A program made the translations under genes and the position numbers. DNA of 64,000 nucleotides from Haloferacalesvirus Serpecor1 (lineage: Duplodnaviria > Heunggongvirae > Uroviricota > Caudoviricetes > Thumleimavirales > Hafunaviridae), in IMG/VR virus record IMGVR_UViG_2974801466_000001, positions 10,197 through 74,196 of that record; one strand, written 5' to 3'. Positions 10,247 to 19,706 of this stretch are shown here, piece after piece (position 1 is the first letter of the stretch; each line of letters begins with the position of its first letter). The notes beneath the pieces are model-generated. The model saw nothing but the letters and a program-made list of their open reading frames with translations, searched no databases and had not been told where the DNA came from.

Positions 10247-12130
10247 ATGATTCACGGTATTGTTACAAACACGACGACCAGCTCTGGTATTCTCATTGCG
10301 GATGTTCAGGTGGCACGCGCGGGGGTAACTTACAAAGAAGTGCCAGTTGCTCATCTCCACCCCGGCCACCTTCAGTCGATTACTGAGGGTTCGCGGGTTC
10401 TGATGGAGCGTACAGAGGACAATCTGTGGGTCATTATCGGCGTTCTCGAAACGAACGAGGAGCTTCTGCCCGACGACGTAAGTGGGTACGAGCAGGTTAT
10501 GGCGTTCGATGATGGAACGAAGCTTGAGTTCTCGAAGAACGAGGACGGTAGCTACGATACCCGCCTTACGGCTTCAGACGACCTAACTATCGAGTCGAAC
10601 GGGTGGGGTATGCGTACTGGCCGTGACGGGCATATCCAATTTAAGTCCAACTCGGTGGACTTTGACACGAGCGGGACTACCTTCGAGGATAGCTCGGACG
10701 GCGGTTCGACCTCGGACGGTTCGACTTCTGATGGGGATTCCGGCGGCTCTACCTCAGAGCCTACAAGCATCGAGGAGTCTGACCTCGCCTTCGATACGGC
10801 TACTCAGGCAGAACTTGATGCTCATGCGGGCGACGAAAGCGCACACCACGCCCGGTACACGGACTCGGAAGCTGTCTCGGCTATCGAGTCGGTTGCTGAG
10901 AAACTAAACGCGAGCATTTCCGGTGACGCGGATACGGTCGATGGGATGCACGCCGAAGACCTCGCTGGTGGTGGTGTTTCGAGCCACGGTGAGCTTACCG
11001 GCGTTTCAACCGACGACCACCACGCCCGATACACGGATTCGGAAGCGTTAGAGGCTCTTGAGTCGTTGGCTCGCTCTCTCGATGTGGACATTTCCGGTGA
11101 CGCTGACACAGTTGATGGGAAACACGCCGAGGACTTCGCAGAAGCGAATCACTCTCACAGCGAGTACGCTCCAACAGACCACAACCACGACGGTCGGTAC
11201 GCCGACCGCCAGCACCTACACTTCTCCTTCGATGGGTCGAACGGTTGGTATAGAATCGCCTCGAATGGCCCCGTGACGGATGGAGAACGGGGTGGCGATA
11301 GAGCATCCGGTCTATTTACCGTCTATGATACGGATGGTGGCGACCACCGGCACGTCACGTTCTACGCGAGCGTAGCGTACAACAAGAATCCGACTATCAC
11401 CGTTCTCAATTCTACCGTGTACGGTGGTGGGATTGTAGACCGTCTTCGTCTTGTTCACGGGAATACCTACGAAGGGACTGCCTTAGAGGTCTATCTCGGT
11501 AACGATGCCACCGGGATTGATGTCTATATGTGGCAAAATGTGTGGAGTGACGGATGGACGTTGGAAAATGGACAGGCAGGAAGCGTCCCTTCTGGATTCA
11601 ACACTACTAATTTCGACTTAGTTGGTACGAGCGCGTCCTTTGGGGTTGCGACCAATGGAAACGACAATTCGTTCGTTGTTGACCACTCAGGCCGCACCAC
11701 GGCGAATATCGACCAAATCTTCGTGGCAAACGGTTCAGGGTCTAACCTCAACAGTTCCTCTTGGAATACTATCTCGTGGAACAACACGGAGATTGAGGAC
11801 TCTGCGTACAATTTCAACGGCAGTACCGTCACGATTCAGGAAGACGGGACTTACGAAATTGTCGCGGAAGTAGATTTCAGCAGTACGGGCGCGACTCGGC
11901 AAAATCCGAACATAGGTATCCAAAAGAACGGCGATTGGGCAGGTGTTCTCGGTCGCTCCGGCTACATGAGGGACAGCGAAGGCCACAACAGTTCGAGTGC
12001 CCACGCCCGAGCGGTGATTACTGCGTCCTCTGGTGACACTATTCGCGCACAGGCGAGGGGGGATGGTGATACGAGCGGTAGTATCTCTCCCGCGAGAGGG
12101 CAGTTCTACATCAAGAAGCTCAACCGATGA
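10247..12130 (+). CDS. Baseplate central spike (gpV-like N-terminal OB domain) fused to fibre-like repeat region, 627 aa
   Basis: N-terminus MIHGIVTNT..ILIADVQVARAGVTYKEVPV resembles gpV/gp5 N-terminal domains. Internal duplicated segment DxHHARYTDSEAxxAxESxAxxLxxxISGDADTVDG(M/K)HAEDxA occurs twice. Central region is Ser/Asp/Gly-rich. Confidence 0.4.
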   Translation: MIHGIVTNTTTSSGILIADVQVARAGVTYKEVPVAHLHPGHLQSITEGSRVLMERTEDNLWVIIGVLETNEELLPDDVSGYEQVMAFDDGTKLEFSKNEDGSYDTRLTASDDLTIESNGWGMRTGRDGHIQFKSNSVDFDTSGTTFEDSSDGGSTSDGSTSDGDSGGSTSEPTSIEESDLAFDTATQAELDAHAGDESAHHARYTDSEAVSAIESVAEKLNASISGDADTVDGMHAEDLAGGGVSSHGELTGVSTDDHHARYTDSEALEALESLARSLDVDISGDADTVDGKHAEDFAEANHSHSEYAPTDHNHDGRYADRQHLHFSFDGSNGWYRIASNGPVTDGERGGDRASGLFTVYDTDGGDHRHVTFYASVAYNKNPTITVLNSTVYGGGIVDRLRLVHGNTYEGTALEVYLGNDATGIDVYMWQNVWSDGWTLENGQAGSVPSGFNTTNFDLVGTSASFGVATNGNDNSFVVDHSGRTTANIDQIFVANGSGSNLNSSSWNTISWNNTEIEDSAYNFNGSTVTIQEDGTYEIVAEVDFSSTGATRQNPNIGIQKNGDWAGVLGRSGYMRDSEGHNSSSAHARAVITASSGDTIRAQARGDGDTSGSISPARGQFYIKKLNR

Positions 12131-12498
12131 CTATTGAGATTGCTCTACACGGCTCTGCTTGCGAAGCTGACGGCCACCCGTCGAAGTGCCAATCCACCGT
12201 CTCCGGCGAGACGAAGGACGGTGACGGCGATACCTCCGTGACGATTAACGGAGTGCCTGTCACCGACCACAACGACTCGATGCACTTTCCCTCTCACGCT
12301 CACGCTTACGTTGAAACCGACGACGGCGGCTACTGCGACGACTTCTACTCTCACGACCTCGTTCCCGACCAGTCTCACTCGTTGACGGTGAACGGTCAGC
12401 CCGTCGTTCGGGAAGGTGACTCTACGAGTGACCCCGGAGCGGGAACGGCTACGGTTCTGGATAGCGGCGGGAACAGCGCGGTAACGCACACGGAATAG
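12127..12498 (+). CDS. Small His/Cys-rich protein after the spike (PAAR-like tip candidate)
   Basis: 123 aa with HGSACEADGH, SHAHAY and YCDDFYSHD metal-ligand-like clusters; position after the gpV-like gene. Confidence 0.25.
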   Translation: MTIEIALHGSACEADGHPSKCQSTVSGETKDGDGDTSVTINGVPVTDHNDSMHFPSHAHAYVETDDGGYCDDFYSHDLVPDQSHSLTVNGQPVVREGDSTSDPGAGTATVLDSGGNSAVTHTE

Positions 12499-12562
12499 CT
12501 CACATCATATATAAACCCTTTACCATTAATAGTATTAGAGAACGCCCTTCTCCTCCACTCCT

Positions 12563-12889
12563 ATGCTTGATTTAGCCCTAAATAGTGACTTCTCTGTTTT
12601 TCTGGACGAAAGCGGCGACCTTGCTTCGGTAAGTGGGCGCGAGGAGTTCGAGCAGGCGGTTGTTATTCTCTTGACCGAGTTGATGCGGGACGCCGCTATC
12701 GGTGAATTTGACGAGACGACCATCAAACAGAAGCTCAAGCTCGAAGCGTCCCGAGTCGCGCGAAAACACGATTATCTGTCCAGCGTGGACGGCATCGACG
12801 TTTCTCCGCACGACAGCGACCCGAACAAGTACGTCCTACGTATCAACTACAAATCAAATCACGTTTTCGAGGAAGCGATTAGCGAATGA
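12563..12889 (+). CDS. Baseplate wedge protein gpW/gp25-like, 108 aa
   Basis: N-terminus MLDLALNSDFSVFLDESGDLASVSGREEFEQAVVILLTELMRD matches the gpW/gp25 pattern (D-L-A-L..G-D-L..V.G.E...Q). Followed by a J-like gene. Confidence 0.45.
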   Translation: MLDLALNSDFSVFLDESGDLASVSGREEFEQAVVILLTELMRDAAIGEFDETTIKQKLKLEASRVARKHDYLSSVDGIDVSPHDSDPNKYVLRINYKSNHVFEEAISE

Positions 12890-14121
12890 CAATTAACGAA
12901 GACGGCTCTTTTGACGGCGATTCTGAGGAGGAAATCCTCGATGCGATGATTGCCGACGCGAAGCAGTTTTGGTCGGAGGACATTAAGGAATCTGACCTCG
13001 CTGTAATCCGGCAGTTCTACCGGCCTATCGCTCGGCGTCTTGCTCAGGCACAGAACGATATTGGACTTGTCCTTAGTTCGACTCAGATTGACAACGCAGA
13101 GGGTTCTGCCCTCGGACTACTGACGGCACTCATCGGAGTGACGAGACAGCCAGCGGCCCGCGCTCGCGGCGAGGTGACGTTCTATCGGGAAGACGTAGCC
13201 GAGATGGACTACCACGTTCCTGCGGGGACTGAGGTTCAGACTCGAAGCGACCCCCCGATTGAATACGTCACGACCGAGGGGACGGTTATCGCAGAGGGCA
13301 CTACATCAACCACGGCTCCGATAGTCGCGGTTGAACCCGGCGCTAACGCGAACGTCGGGGCCAATTCGATTACGGCTCTCCCGGTTCCGCTGGCAGGAAT
13401 CAATCGTGTCACGAACGAGCAGGAAACGACGGGCGGCGAGAACCGAGAGTCTGACGAAAATCTCCGTGAGCGAGCGAAGGAGGAGCTGGCCGAGGGTTCG
13501 AGCGCAACCGGCCCGGCTCTTGTGAGCGCGGTTCGGGGAGTGGAGGGAGTGTCCTCGGTTAGCATCCTCATCAACGACAAGAAGGAACACAACGGTCGGG
13601 GCCACAACCTTCCGGCTAACTCCGGCGAGCTTGTCGTGACGGGCGGCGAGGACGCGGATATTGCTCAGGCGATTTTGGAAACGAAGGGGATGGATTCGAC
13701 CCTCGTGGCGGGGGTGAACGGCGTTGCCGTGACGGGAACGCTCGCTGAACTTCCGAACGGTCAGACCCATCCGATTGACTTCTCGCGGGCGAACCCCGTG
13801 ACCATCTACATCGAGGCAGATGTTCAGGTCGATTCTACCTACGAGGACGACACCGAGGTTCTGAACAACATCATCAAATACGTCGGCGGAAAGGACATGG
13901 ACGGGTTCGAGAAGGACGGCGAGCTTGGCGTGACGGACGACGTTCTCCACGGCGAAATCGAGTACCGGATTCGAGAGATTCCCGGCGTCTACGACGTTAC
14001 GAGTCTCAAGATTGGTCGCACCGACCCGCCGACCGAGACGACGAACATCAGCATCGGCGGGATGGAAGAAGCACACACCGACGCTCAGACCGACATTACG
14101 CTCAACGTGAGCGAGGTGTAG
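12886..14121 (+). CDS. Baseplate J-like protein, 411 aa
   Basis: W-J-I order, size, overlapping start with the W-like gene. Confidence 0.4.
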   Translation: MTINEDGSFDGDSEEEILDAMIADAKQFWSEDIKESDLAVIRQFYRPIARRLAQAQNDIGLVLSSTQIDNAEGSALGLLTALIGVTRQPAARARGEVTFYREDVAEMDYHVPAGTEVQTRSDPPIEYVTTEGTVIAEGTTSTTAPIVAVEPGANANVGANSITALPVPLAGINRVTNEQETTGGENRESDENLRERAKEELAEGSSATGPALVSAVRGVEGVSSVSILINDKKEHNGRGHNLPANSGELVVTGGEDADIAQAILETKGMDSTLVAGVNGVAVTGTLAELPNGQTHPIDFSRANPVTIYIEADVQVDSTYEDDTEVLNNIIKYVGGKDMDGFEKDGELGVTDDVLHGEIEYRIREIPGVYDVTSLKIGRTDPPTETTNISIGGMEEAHTDAQTDITLNVSEV

Positions 14122-14125
14122 TCGC

Positions 14126-14776
14126 ATGGCGACGATTCACGAGGAGGTTGAAAAACTGGTCAACTCCCTCCCGTCGTACTACGCTGACGACGACGAGAGT
14201 GGGAATTGGAAACTGCTCGATGCGGTTGGTCGCCAAGTCGTAGACCTCGATGGAGACATTGAGACGCTGGACGACGAGACGACCGTTCAGGAAGCCCTCG
14301 ACGTTGATTCGCTTGAGGAACTTGCTGGTATGGTTCAACTCCGGCGGCGCTCCGGTGAAGGCCGCGACCACTATCGAGCGCGGATTATCGCGGAGTACCA
14401 GCTCAACACGAGTGAGGGAACTATCGAGGACGCTTTCAACTCGATGGCGACCATCCTCTCGTGCGAGGTTGAAGACCTCTGGTTTCAGGATTGGCGGTTC
14501 CTGTTCGGTGAAATCCACGACCGAACGGTATGCTTCCTCCTACCATACGACGACGTACAAAACCTCGACCTTTCGGGAGAGGAAATCTCGAAAATCGTCC
14601 AGAAGCTCGCGCCGGTCGGGACTACGGTAAAGTCTCAGTATAACGGCTCTCTCCGGTACAAGTCCAAGGAGGACTACGAGGAGACGAACTGGAACGGTTA
14701 CGATGGCGGCTATGATGCTCTTGACTCCGAGGGCAACCCGACCGGAGAGGGCGGGACAAAAGGAGGACTTATCTAA
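14126..14776 (+). CDS. Baseplate gpI-like protein, 216 aa
   Basis: Synteny following the J-like gene. Confidence 0.3.
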   Translation: MATIHEEVEKLVNSLPSYYADDDESGNWKLLDAVGRQVVDLDGDIETLDDETTVQEALDVDSLEELAGMVQLRRRSGEGRDHYRARIIAEYQLNTSEGTIEDAFNSMATILSCEVEDLWFQDWRFLFGEIHDRTVCFLLPYDDVQNLDLSGEEISKIVQKLAPVGTTVKSQYNGSLRYKSKEDYEETNWNGYDGGYDALDSEGNPTGEGGTKGGLI

Positions 14777-14779
14777 AAT

Positions 14780-16477
14780 ATGGCGTACACTTCTAAACTC
14801 AAGGAATGGGGAGCCGTCGCTGAGGAGCGGTCGGAGTTCCCCGATGGGTACAGGTACACGAAGGAAAACCCGCCCGTCACGCACTACGACAACTTCCTCG
14901 TTCACAATCTCATCGAGGACGTTCGACACCTCGTTGACCTTACGAACGCAATCGACCCGGACAATGATGGGCAGGTCGCTGACGCCGAGACGATTCAGGG
15001 GAAGTCCCCGTCTCAACTTGGTGGCTTCAAGTTCATTCAGTCGGATAACCCCGACGAGCTGACAAGCGGGACGACTTGGTTCAAGGACTCGAACCACCTC
15101 CTGTTCGTTGCTGACGGGGAGCAGTACGATATTTTCCCCGAGACGGGCTACGACGAGACGAGCGACTTCAGCGGCACGGAAGGCTTCTCGCTGACGCACG
15201 AAACTCCGGCAAGGACTCGCCTCGATGCGGGGAGTCTCAAACTCATCAACGAGCAGGTCGTCGCTGACTTCAACTCCGGTATCTCTCCCGACCACGGTGC
15301 GTGGACGTGGAGCGACACCTCGGGTATCAGTCACGAATCGACGAACGGACGAGCCGAGATTACGTCAACCGGAGACGCAACCACGCCTCAGCTTCAGCGG
15401 GACGTTCCCGTGGCTCAGGACATTGAGTTCTCGTTCGAGGTGGCCGAGGACACGTTGAACATCAACGACGAGTCTATCATCCGGCTGGACGACGAGAACG
15501 GGAATCGTGAGCTGGAAATCCAGTTCAACGACGGTGCGGGGAACGTCTCTCTGAGCGACGGTACGGAACTTCTCCCGTCGTGGACTGCCGGACAGACCTA
15601 CGTGTTCGAGGTTGACCCGGACTTCGACGCTGGAACCCTCGATGTGGTAATCAACGGTCAGACCATCATCGCGGGTCGCCCGATGGACGCTACCGCTATC
15701 TCGAACATCTGGTTCGGCTCGAAGACGATGGACTCCGGTTCTGTCCGTAGCGTGTTCGTGGACGATGTTCACACCGGAGCGCGGGAGTACGGCGAGGTCG
15801 TCGTGTCCTGCCCGGAACCGGATTCACGCATCGAGGGGTGGGACTTGCTCCGGTTCGACCGGACGCTGGCCGGAGAGAGCGTCGTTGTGGACGTGGAGGA
15901 CGAGACGGGTACTACGCTCATCTCTGACATAGACTCGAACGAAGACCTCTCGGCGGCTGTTGACGCGGCGACGAACCCACAGATTCGCGTGAAGTTCACT
16001 CGGGAGGATACGTCGAACAACCCGTCGTTCGATTCGCTGTACCGGCGGTGGGTTCTCCGCCCCGGTGACAACGGCGTGAACATCCGAGCCTTCGGCTCTG
16101 ACGGCGCGGATAACGTTCACGAAATCAACTTCACCGCGCCGGTCACGAAGGACGAGGATGGTCGCGTGACGGTTGACCTCGACCCGAGGTACGTCAACGA
16201 GACGGGCGACTCGATGAGTGGCGACCTCGATGTGAACGCGAGCGTCCAAGTTGGTGATGACCTCGTTCTGGACGATGAAGACGGAGAGCAGTTCGTAGTG
16301 GTCGGGAAGGATTCTGACACGCTCACGATTGCGGAAAAGGGCGGCTCTGCCTTCGAGCAGATGGATGTGAACGCTCGGCAGTTCACGAAGCAGGGACACG
16401 AAGTTTGGCACGAAGGGAATCGGGCCTATCAGGTTCGCAAAAACAACTTCATTAGCACGAAACTTTCGCGGAGATAA
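14780..16477 (+). CDS. Tail fibre protein, 565 aa
   Basis: Follows the baseplate genes; acidic beta-rich repeats and a C-terminal divergent domain. Confidence 0.4.
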   Translation: MAYTSKLKEWGAVAEERSEFPDGYRYTKENPPVTHYDNFLVHNLIEDVRHLVDLTNAIDPDNDGQVADAETIQGKSPSQLGGFKFIQSDNPDELTSGTTWFKDSNHLLFVADGEQYDIFPETGYDETSDFSGTEGFSLTHETPARTRLDAGSLKLINEQVVADFNSGISPDHGAWTWSDTSGISHESTNGRAEITSTGDATTPQLQRDVPVAQDIEFSFEVAEDTLNINDESIIRLDDENGNRELEIQFNDGAGNVSLSDGTELLPSWTAGQTYVFEVDPDFDAGTLDVVINGQTIIAGRPMDATAISNIWFGSKTMDSGSVRSVFVDDVHTGAREYGEVVVSCPEPDSRIEGWDLLRFDRTLAGESVVVDVEDETGTTLISDIDSNEDLSAAVDAATNPQIRVKFTREDTSNNPSFDSLYRRWVLRPGDNGVNIRAFGSDGADNVHEINFTAPVTKDEDGRVTVDLDPRYVNETGDSMSGDLDVNASVQVGDDLVLDDEDGEQFVVVGKDSDTLTIAEKGGSAFEQMDVNARQFTKQGHEVWHEGNRAYQVRKNNFISTKLSRR

Positions 16478-16483
16478 TTAAAA

Positions 16484-17521
16484 ATGAGCAATATTAACTA
16501 CGGTGCTGGTATCAGCGGAGATGTTACTTTCTCCTCTAACGGAACACTCAATCGGTTTTCGAGTTTCCGAAATCTGACTATCAACTCAGGAGTGACTGTT
16601 ACAGCTCCTTTTGGTGCTGTTATTCAGGTATCAGAAAAGCTAACTGTTAACGGGACTCTCAAAGTCAATCACCGCGTCGGTTCTGGTTCTAACGGCTCCG
16701 GTGCGAACGGTGGGGACGCTGGCGGGAGTGTGTTTATTCTCGCTAAGGAAGCAGACGGCGATGGTGTAATTCGAGCGAACGGACAAAACGGAGGGAGTAC
16801 GAACGGAAACGGGAACTCGTACAACAATAATAACAATAGGTCGTCCTCTGCCGCGCCCCCGGCTATTGTAGCCCGCGATACTCAGATGATTTCCAGCGGC
16901 GCTCAGGGAGGCCACGACGCAAGCGAAAATAGTGGAGGCGACAACGGAGGCTCCCGAGAGTCGATTGTGGAAGCAGACCTACTTCCCGTGTGGCTCGAAG
17001 ACTGGCTCGTTTCGGGTGGATATGTGACGCAGACCCCGATGGCGAAGCTCGTCTCGGGCGGCGGGGCCGCTGGTGGAGACGGCGGTTCTGACGATAATAA
17101 CAACAACAGTTACAACCGCCCCGGCGGTGGTGGCGGTGGTGGTGCTGGCGGCTCCTTCGGGGGTCGCGGTGGAAACGGAGGTAACGGCGGAAATGGGGGT
17201 GGCGACAGCAACTCCCACGGTAAAGACGGTGGTGGCGGTGCTGGCGCTGGTGGCCTCATCGTTCTGGTGAGCGAAACTATCAGCGGCAGTCTCACTACCG
17301 AGGCAAAGGGCGGTACGGGAGGTACTGGCGCAAACGCCAACGGTAACGAAGGCTCCGGCGGCTCCGGCGGCGGTGGTGGTGGTGGTGCGATTATCGTTGT
17401 CAGTCCCGGTGATATTCCCGCATCTTACGAAGTTGGCGGTGGGCCGACTGGAAACGTCAGAGGCGGAAACAGCGGCGAGGAAGGCATCTTCGTTCAGTTC
17501 CCACTCTCGGTGATTGGATAA
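16484..17521 (+). CDS. Gly/Asn-rich low-complexity fibre or receptor-binding protein, 345 aa
   Basis: Long runs GGGGGGGAGGSFGGRGGNGGNGGNGGG, NNNNN and SGGSGGGGGGG. Composition is atypical for the otherwise acidic proteome. Last gene of the tail module. Confidence 0.4.
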   Translation: MSNINYGAGISGDVTFSSNGTLNRFSSFRNLTINSGVTVTAPFGAVIQVSEKLTVNGTLKVNHRVGSGSNGSGANGGDAGGSVFILAKEADGDGVIRANGQNGGSTNGNGNSYNNNNNRSSSAAPPAIVARDTQMISSGAQGGHDASENSGGDNGGSRESIVEADLLPVWLEDWLVSGGYVTQTPMAKLVSGGGAAGGDGGSDDNNNNSYNRPGGGGGGGAGGSFGGRGGNGGNGGNGGGDSNSHGKDGGGGAGAGGLIVLVSETISGSLTTEAKGGTGGTGANANGNEGSGGSGGGGGGGAIIVVSPGDIPASYEVGGGPTGNVRGGNSGEEGIFVQFPLSVIG

Positions 17522-17907
17522 TGGCACGAGTAAAATACGTTCTTCACGTTCCTCCGGGCTACGACGGCCCGGTTGACCCGATTGTAGATGAAGTTGAAGT
17601 TGATGAAAGCGTCACAAAGCCCGGCGTAGAAGAAGTCGCCGTGGCTGAGGCCGGTGAGGGCGTTCTCGACCGGAACCTCGTCAACAACAACCGGAAGGCG
17701 CAAGTCTCCGAAGCAATCCAGCAGTACGAATTGGAGAGTGACAAGGCCGAGCCTGATGTTCAGGTTCAATTGGATGCTCTCGAAAAAGCAGTCTCCTATA
17801 TGTGGGACGTTGTGAGCGGCGAAGACATTGGTTCTGAGGCACTTCGTGAAGCAGAACTCGATGCGGCGGAAGCTGACGGCGGCGAAGACGACTCTACCTC
17901 GGCGTAA
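17521..17907 (+). CDS. Hypothetical acidic protein, 128 aa
   Basis: ORF with ATGG overlap to the previous stop. Confidence 0.35.
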   Translation: MARVKYVLHVPPGYDGPVDPIVDEVEVDESVTKPGVEEVAVAEAGEGVLDRNLVNNNRKAQVSEAIQQYELESDKAEPDVQVQLDALEKAVSYMWDVVSGEDIGSEALREAELDAAEADGGEDDSTSA

Positions 17908-17927
17908 GCCGGGGTTCTTTTTTTTCT

Positions 17928-18419
17928 ATGTTCCCGAGATTTCTACTCGATAGTGACGACGATTGGCAGGAGGGAGTACGTGCGTGGCTGTATCCACGTC
18001 TCCATCCGTTCCTAACCCCCTTCGGCGGCTACGGAGTCGGCCATACGGGGGTGAATCAGTACGTCGGTAAATTCTCCGAAGATGAGGAAAGCATCGAGGA
18101 GGAACTGGTCGATGGTGGTTTCCGGCGGAATCCGATTGCGTGCTTCAAGTCGCTCCCCGATGGACGCAAGAGCGAGGGGTCGTGGGTTCTCATTCCAGAG
18201 GACGCTCCCGACCACGTTGCTCCGGGGATGCAACTACACGTAACGATGTTCAAGCGAGCTGACGGGCAGAAAGGCCGCGAGATATACGCCCATTACGAAG
18301 ACGATTGGCGTTCGGCTCCGGTCGCTCATCTCCGAGCAAAGAACTTCAGCGCCGCCGCTGGCGTTGATATTGCTCAGGATTACTTGGACAAGGAAACGTT
18401 CCTTATCCGGCAAGAATAG
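17928..18419 (+). CDS. Hypothetical protein, 163 aa
   Basis: ORF preceded by an oligo-T tract. Confidence 0.35.
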   Translation: MFPRFLLDSDDDWQEGVRAWLYPRLHPFLTPFGGYGVGHTGVNQYVGKFSEDEESIEEELVDGGFRRNPIACFKSLPDGRKSEGSWVLIPEDAPDHVAPGMQLHVTMFKRADGQKGREIYAHYEDDWRSAPVAHLRAKNFSAAAGVDIAQDYLDKETFLIRQE

Positions 18420-18434
18420 TAGTTAATCAATCAG

Positions 18435-19265
18435 CTATTCGTCTACTTCGTTGGGTAGCATCCGCGACCCCTTCTTGTGTTGCCACCGACTGTCGCGGTA
18501 CATCGACTGGTGGGAACTAATCTCGTTCTTAGTTCTACGAATCTCCATGTCTTCTTCTTTGGTCATGGGCCGGGAGGTCGCGTCAGTAAGCATCGAATCT
18601 CGGCGGAACGGAATCACCTGAACGATAGGAGTCCCGGCATCGACAACTCCTTCAAAGTCACCGCCAGTCCACATGAACGGCGCGTTGATGTTGTTGAAGT
18701 AGCTGTCAACGTCAACGATTCCAGAGAACGGAGTGAACGGCTGGCCGGGTCGGTTCATCGGGTTCGTGACGAGTACCGAGTAGCCGTCTGGAACCTTTAT
18801 CGACCAATGGTTGATGAACTTCAGAACCGGCCACTTGTGGTTGGGGAACATATCCCCGCCGACCTGAGACAAGCTGTGGGGTGAAACAAGCTCCCGCTGG
18901 AACTCCCACTCGTACTGTACGTACCCATCTTCCGCATTGAAGTAGATTTCACCAGACAGGGGAACAATAAATCCCATCGTCATGGCCTCCATGAACGGAG
19001 CGCACCGCTTCACGGTTGAACGGGAAACTCCATTTCGCTCGTTAGTGGAGCCAAGCTCTCCCTCGGTGTATTGGCCGAGTTGCTTGTACCAATCCGGCAG
19101 TACCTTGTTCGCAGGAATTGGCTCGGGAATCGCTCCGTACAGTTCTTCTTCGGTCACGAACTCGATGAGCTGGTCTTCTTCCGGTTCTTCTTCTGCTGGT
19201 GAGCCGTCCGGTCGAACCTTCGTAGAGAGGTCACTAACGGCCTCAGTTACACTCGAAAAATCCAT
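18435..19265 (-). CDS. Hypothetical protein, 276 aa (possible cupin or dioxygenase-like fold, unverified)
   Basis: Convergent with the tail module; conserved promoter cassette immediately upstream. Confidence 0.4.
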   Translation of the reverse strand: MDFSSVTEAVSDLSTKVRPDGSPAEEEPEEDQLIEFVTEEELYGAIPEPIPANKVLPDWYKQLGQYTEGELGSTNERNGVSRSTVKRCAPFMEAMTMGFIVPLSGEIYFNAEDGYVQYEWEFQRELVSPHSLSQVGGDMFPNHKWPVLKFINHWSIKVPDGYSVLVTNPMNRPGQPFTPFSGIVDVDSYFNNINAPFMWTGGDFEGVVDAGTPIVQVIPFRRDSMLTDATSRPMTKEEDMEIRRTKNEISSHQSMYRDSRWQHKKGSRMLPNEVDE

Positions 19266-19268
19266 TTG

Positions 19269-19322
19269 TCCTCACCCTATTAGACGTGGGGCAACGACTT
19301 AAAGATTCCTCTTTGAGTCTTT
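19269..19322 (-). promoter_or_regulatory. Conserved promoter cassette copy 1 (leftward), drives 18435..19265
   Basis: Sequence ccTCACCCTATTAGACGtggggcaacGACTTAAAGATtcctcttTGAGTCTTT. Read on the minus strand it gives AAAGACTCA, 10 nt, TTTAAG, then conserved CGTCTAATAGGGTGAGG. Confidence 0.55.
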
Positions 19323-19467
19323 AACTTGAAAACTATATGATACCAGAACTCGCAAGCACCCCACCCCTCGTGGCGTGGATGCTCGGCTTTTTCATGGCAT
19401 TGGCACTCAAACGCGGTCGGGTTCAACAGATACTCGACCAATTCCTCCCGACAGACGACTAACTCCC

Positions 19468-19522
19468 TAAGACTTAATTCGGTATCTTTAAGTCCTTAGT
19501 GGCCGTCTAATAGAGTGAGGAG
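19468..19522 (+). promoter_or_regulatory. Conserved promoter cassette copy 2 (rightward), drives nrdJ
   Basis: TAAGACTTAattcggtatcTTTAAGtccttagtggcCGTCTAATAGAGTGAGGAG. Inverted relative to copy 1, forming a divergent promoter pair. Confidence 0.55.
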
Positions 19523-19561
19523 CTTCGTGACGAACGGAGTGACCCCACTCGAATATCCATA

Positions 19562-19602
19562 CCCCGTATTACCCACTTAGGGTAGTACGGGGTGTTTTTC
19601 AC
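19562..19602 (+). terminator. 13-bp hairpin followed by T5 tract in the nrdJ leader (attenuator or terminator-like)
   Basis: ccccgtattaccc-actta-gggtagtacgggg followed by tgtttttc. Confidence 0.3.
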
Positions 19603-19706
19603 TCTAAGTAAACCGCTTAGGAGAGGGTAGGATAGAAGACAAACCCCTCGATGTAGTGAATCACTCCGAGTAGTCCACCTACTATATTACTATACTATAC
19701 AGCAAA

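Noticed and set aside
17110-17340. Minus-strand 76-aa poly-Pro ORF and other antisense ORFs inside the Gly-rich fibre gene
   Set aside because: Antisense translation of GGN repeats gives PPP runs; artefact.
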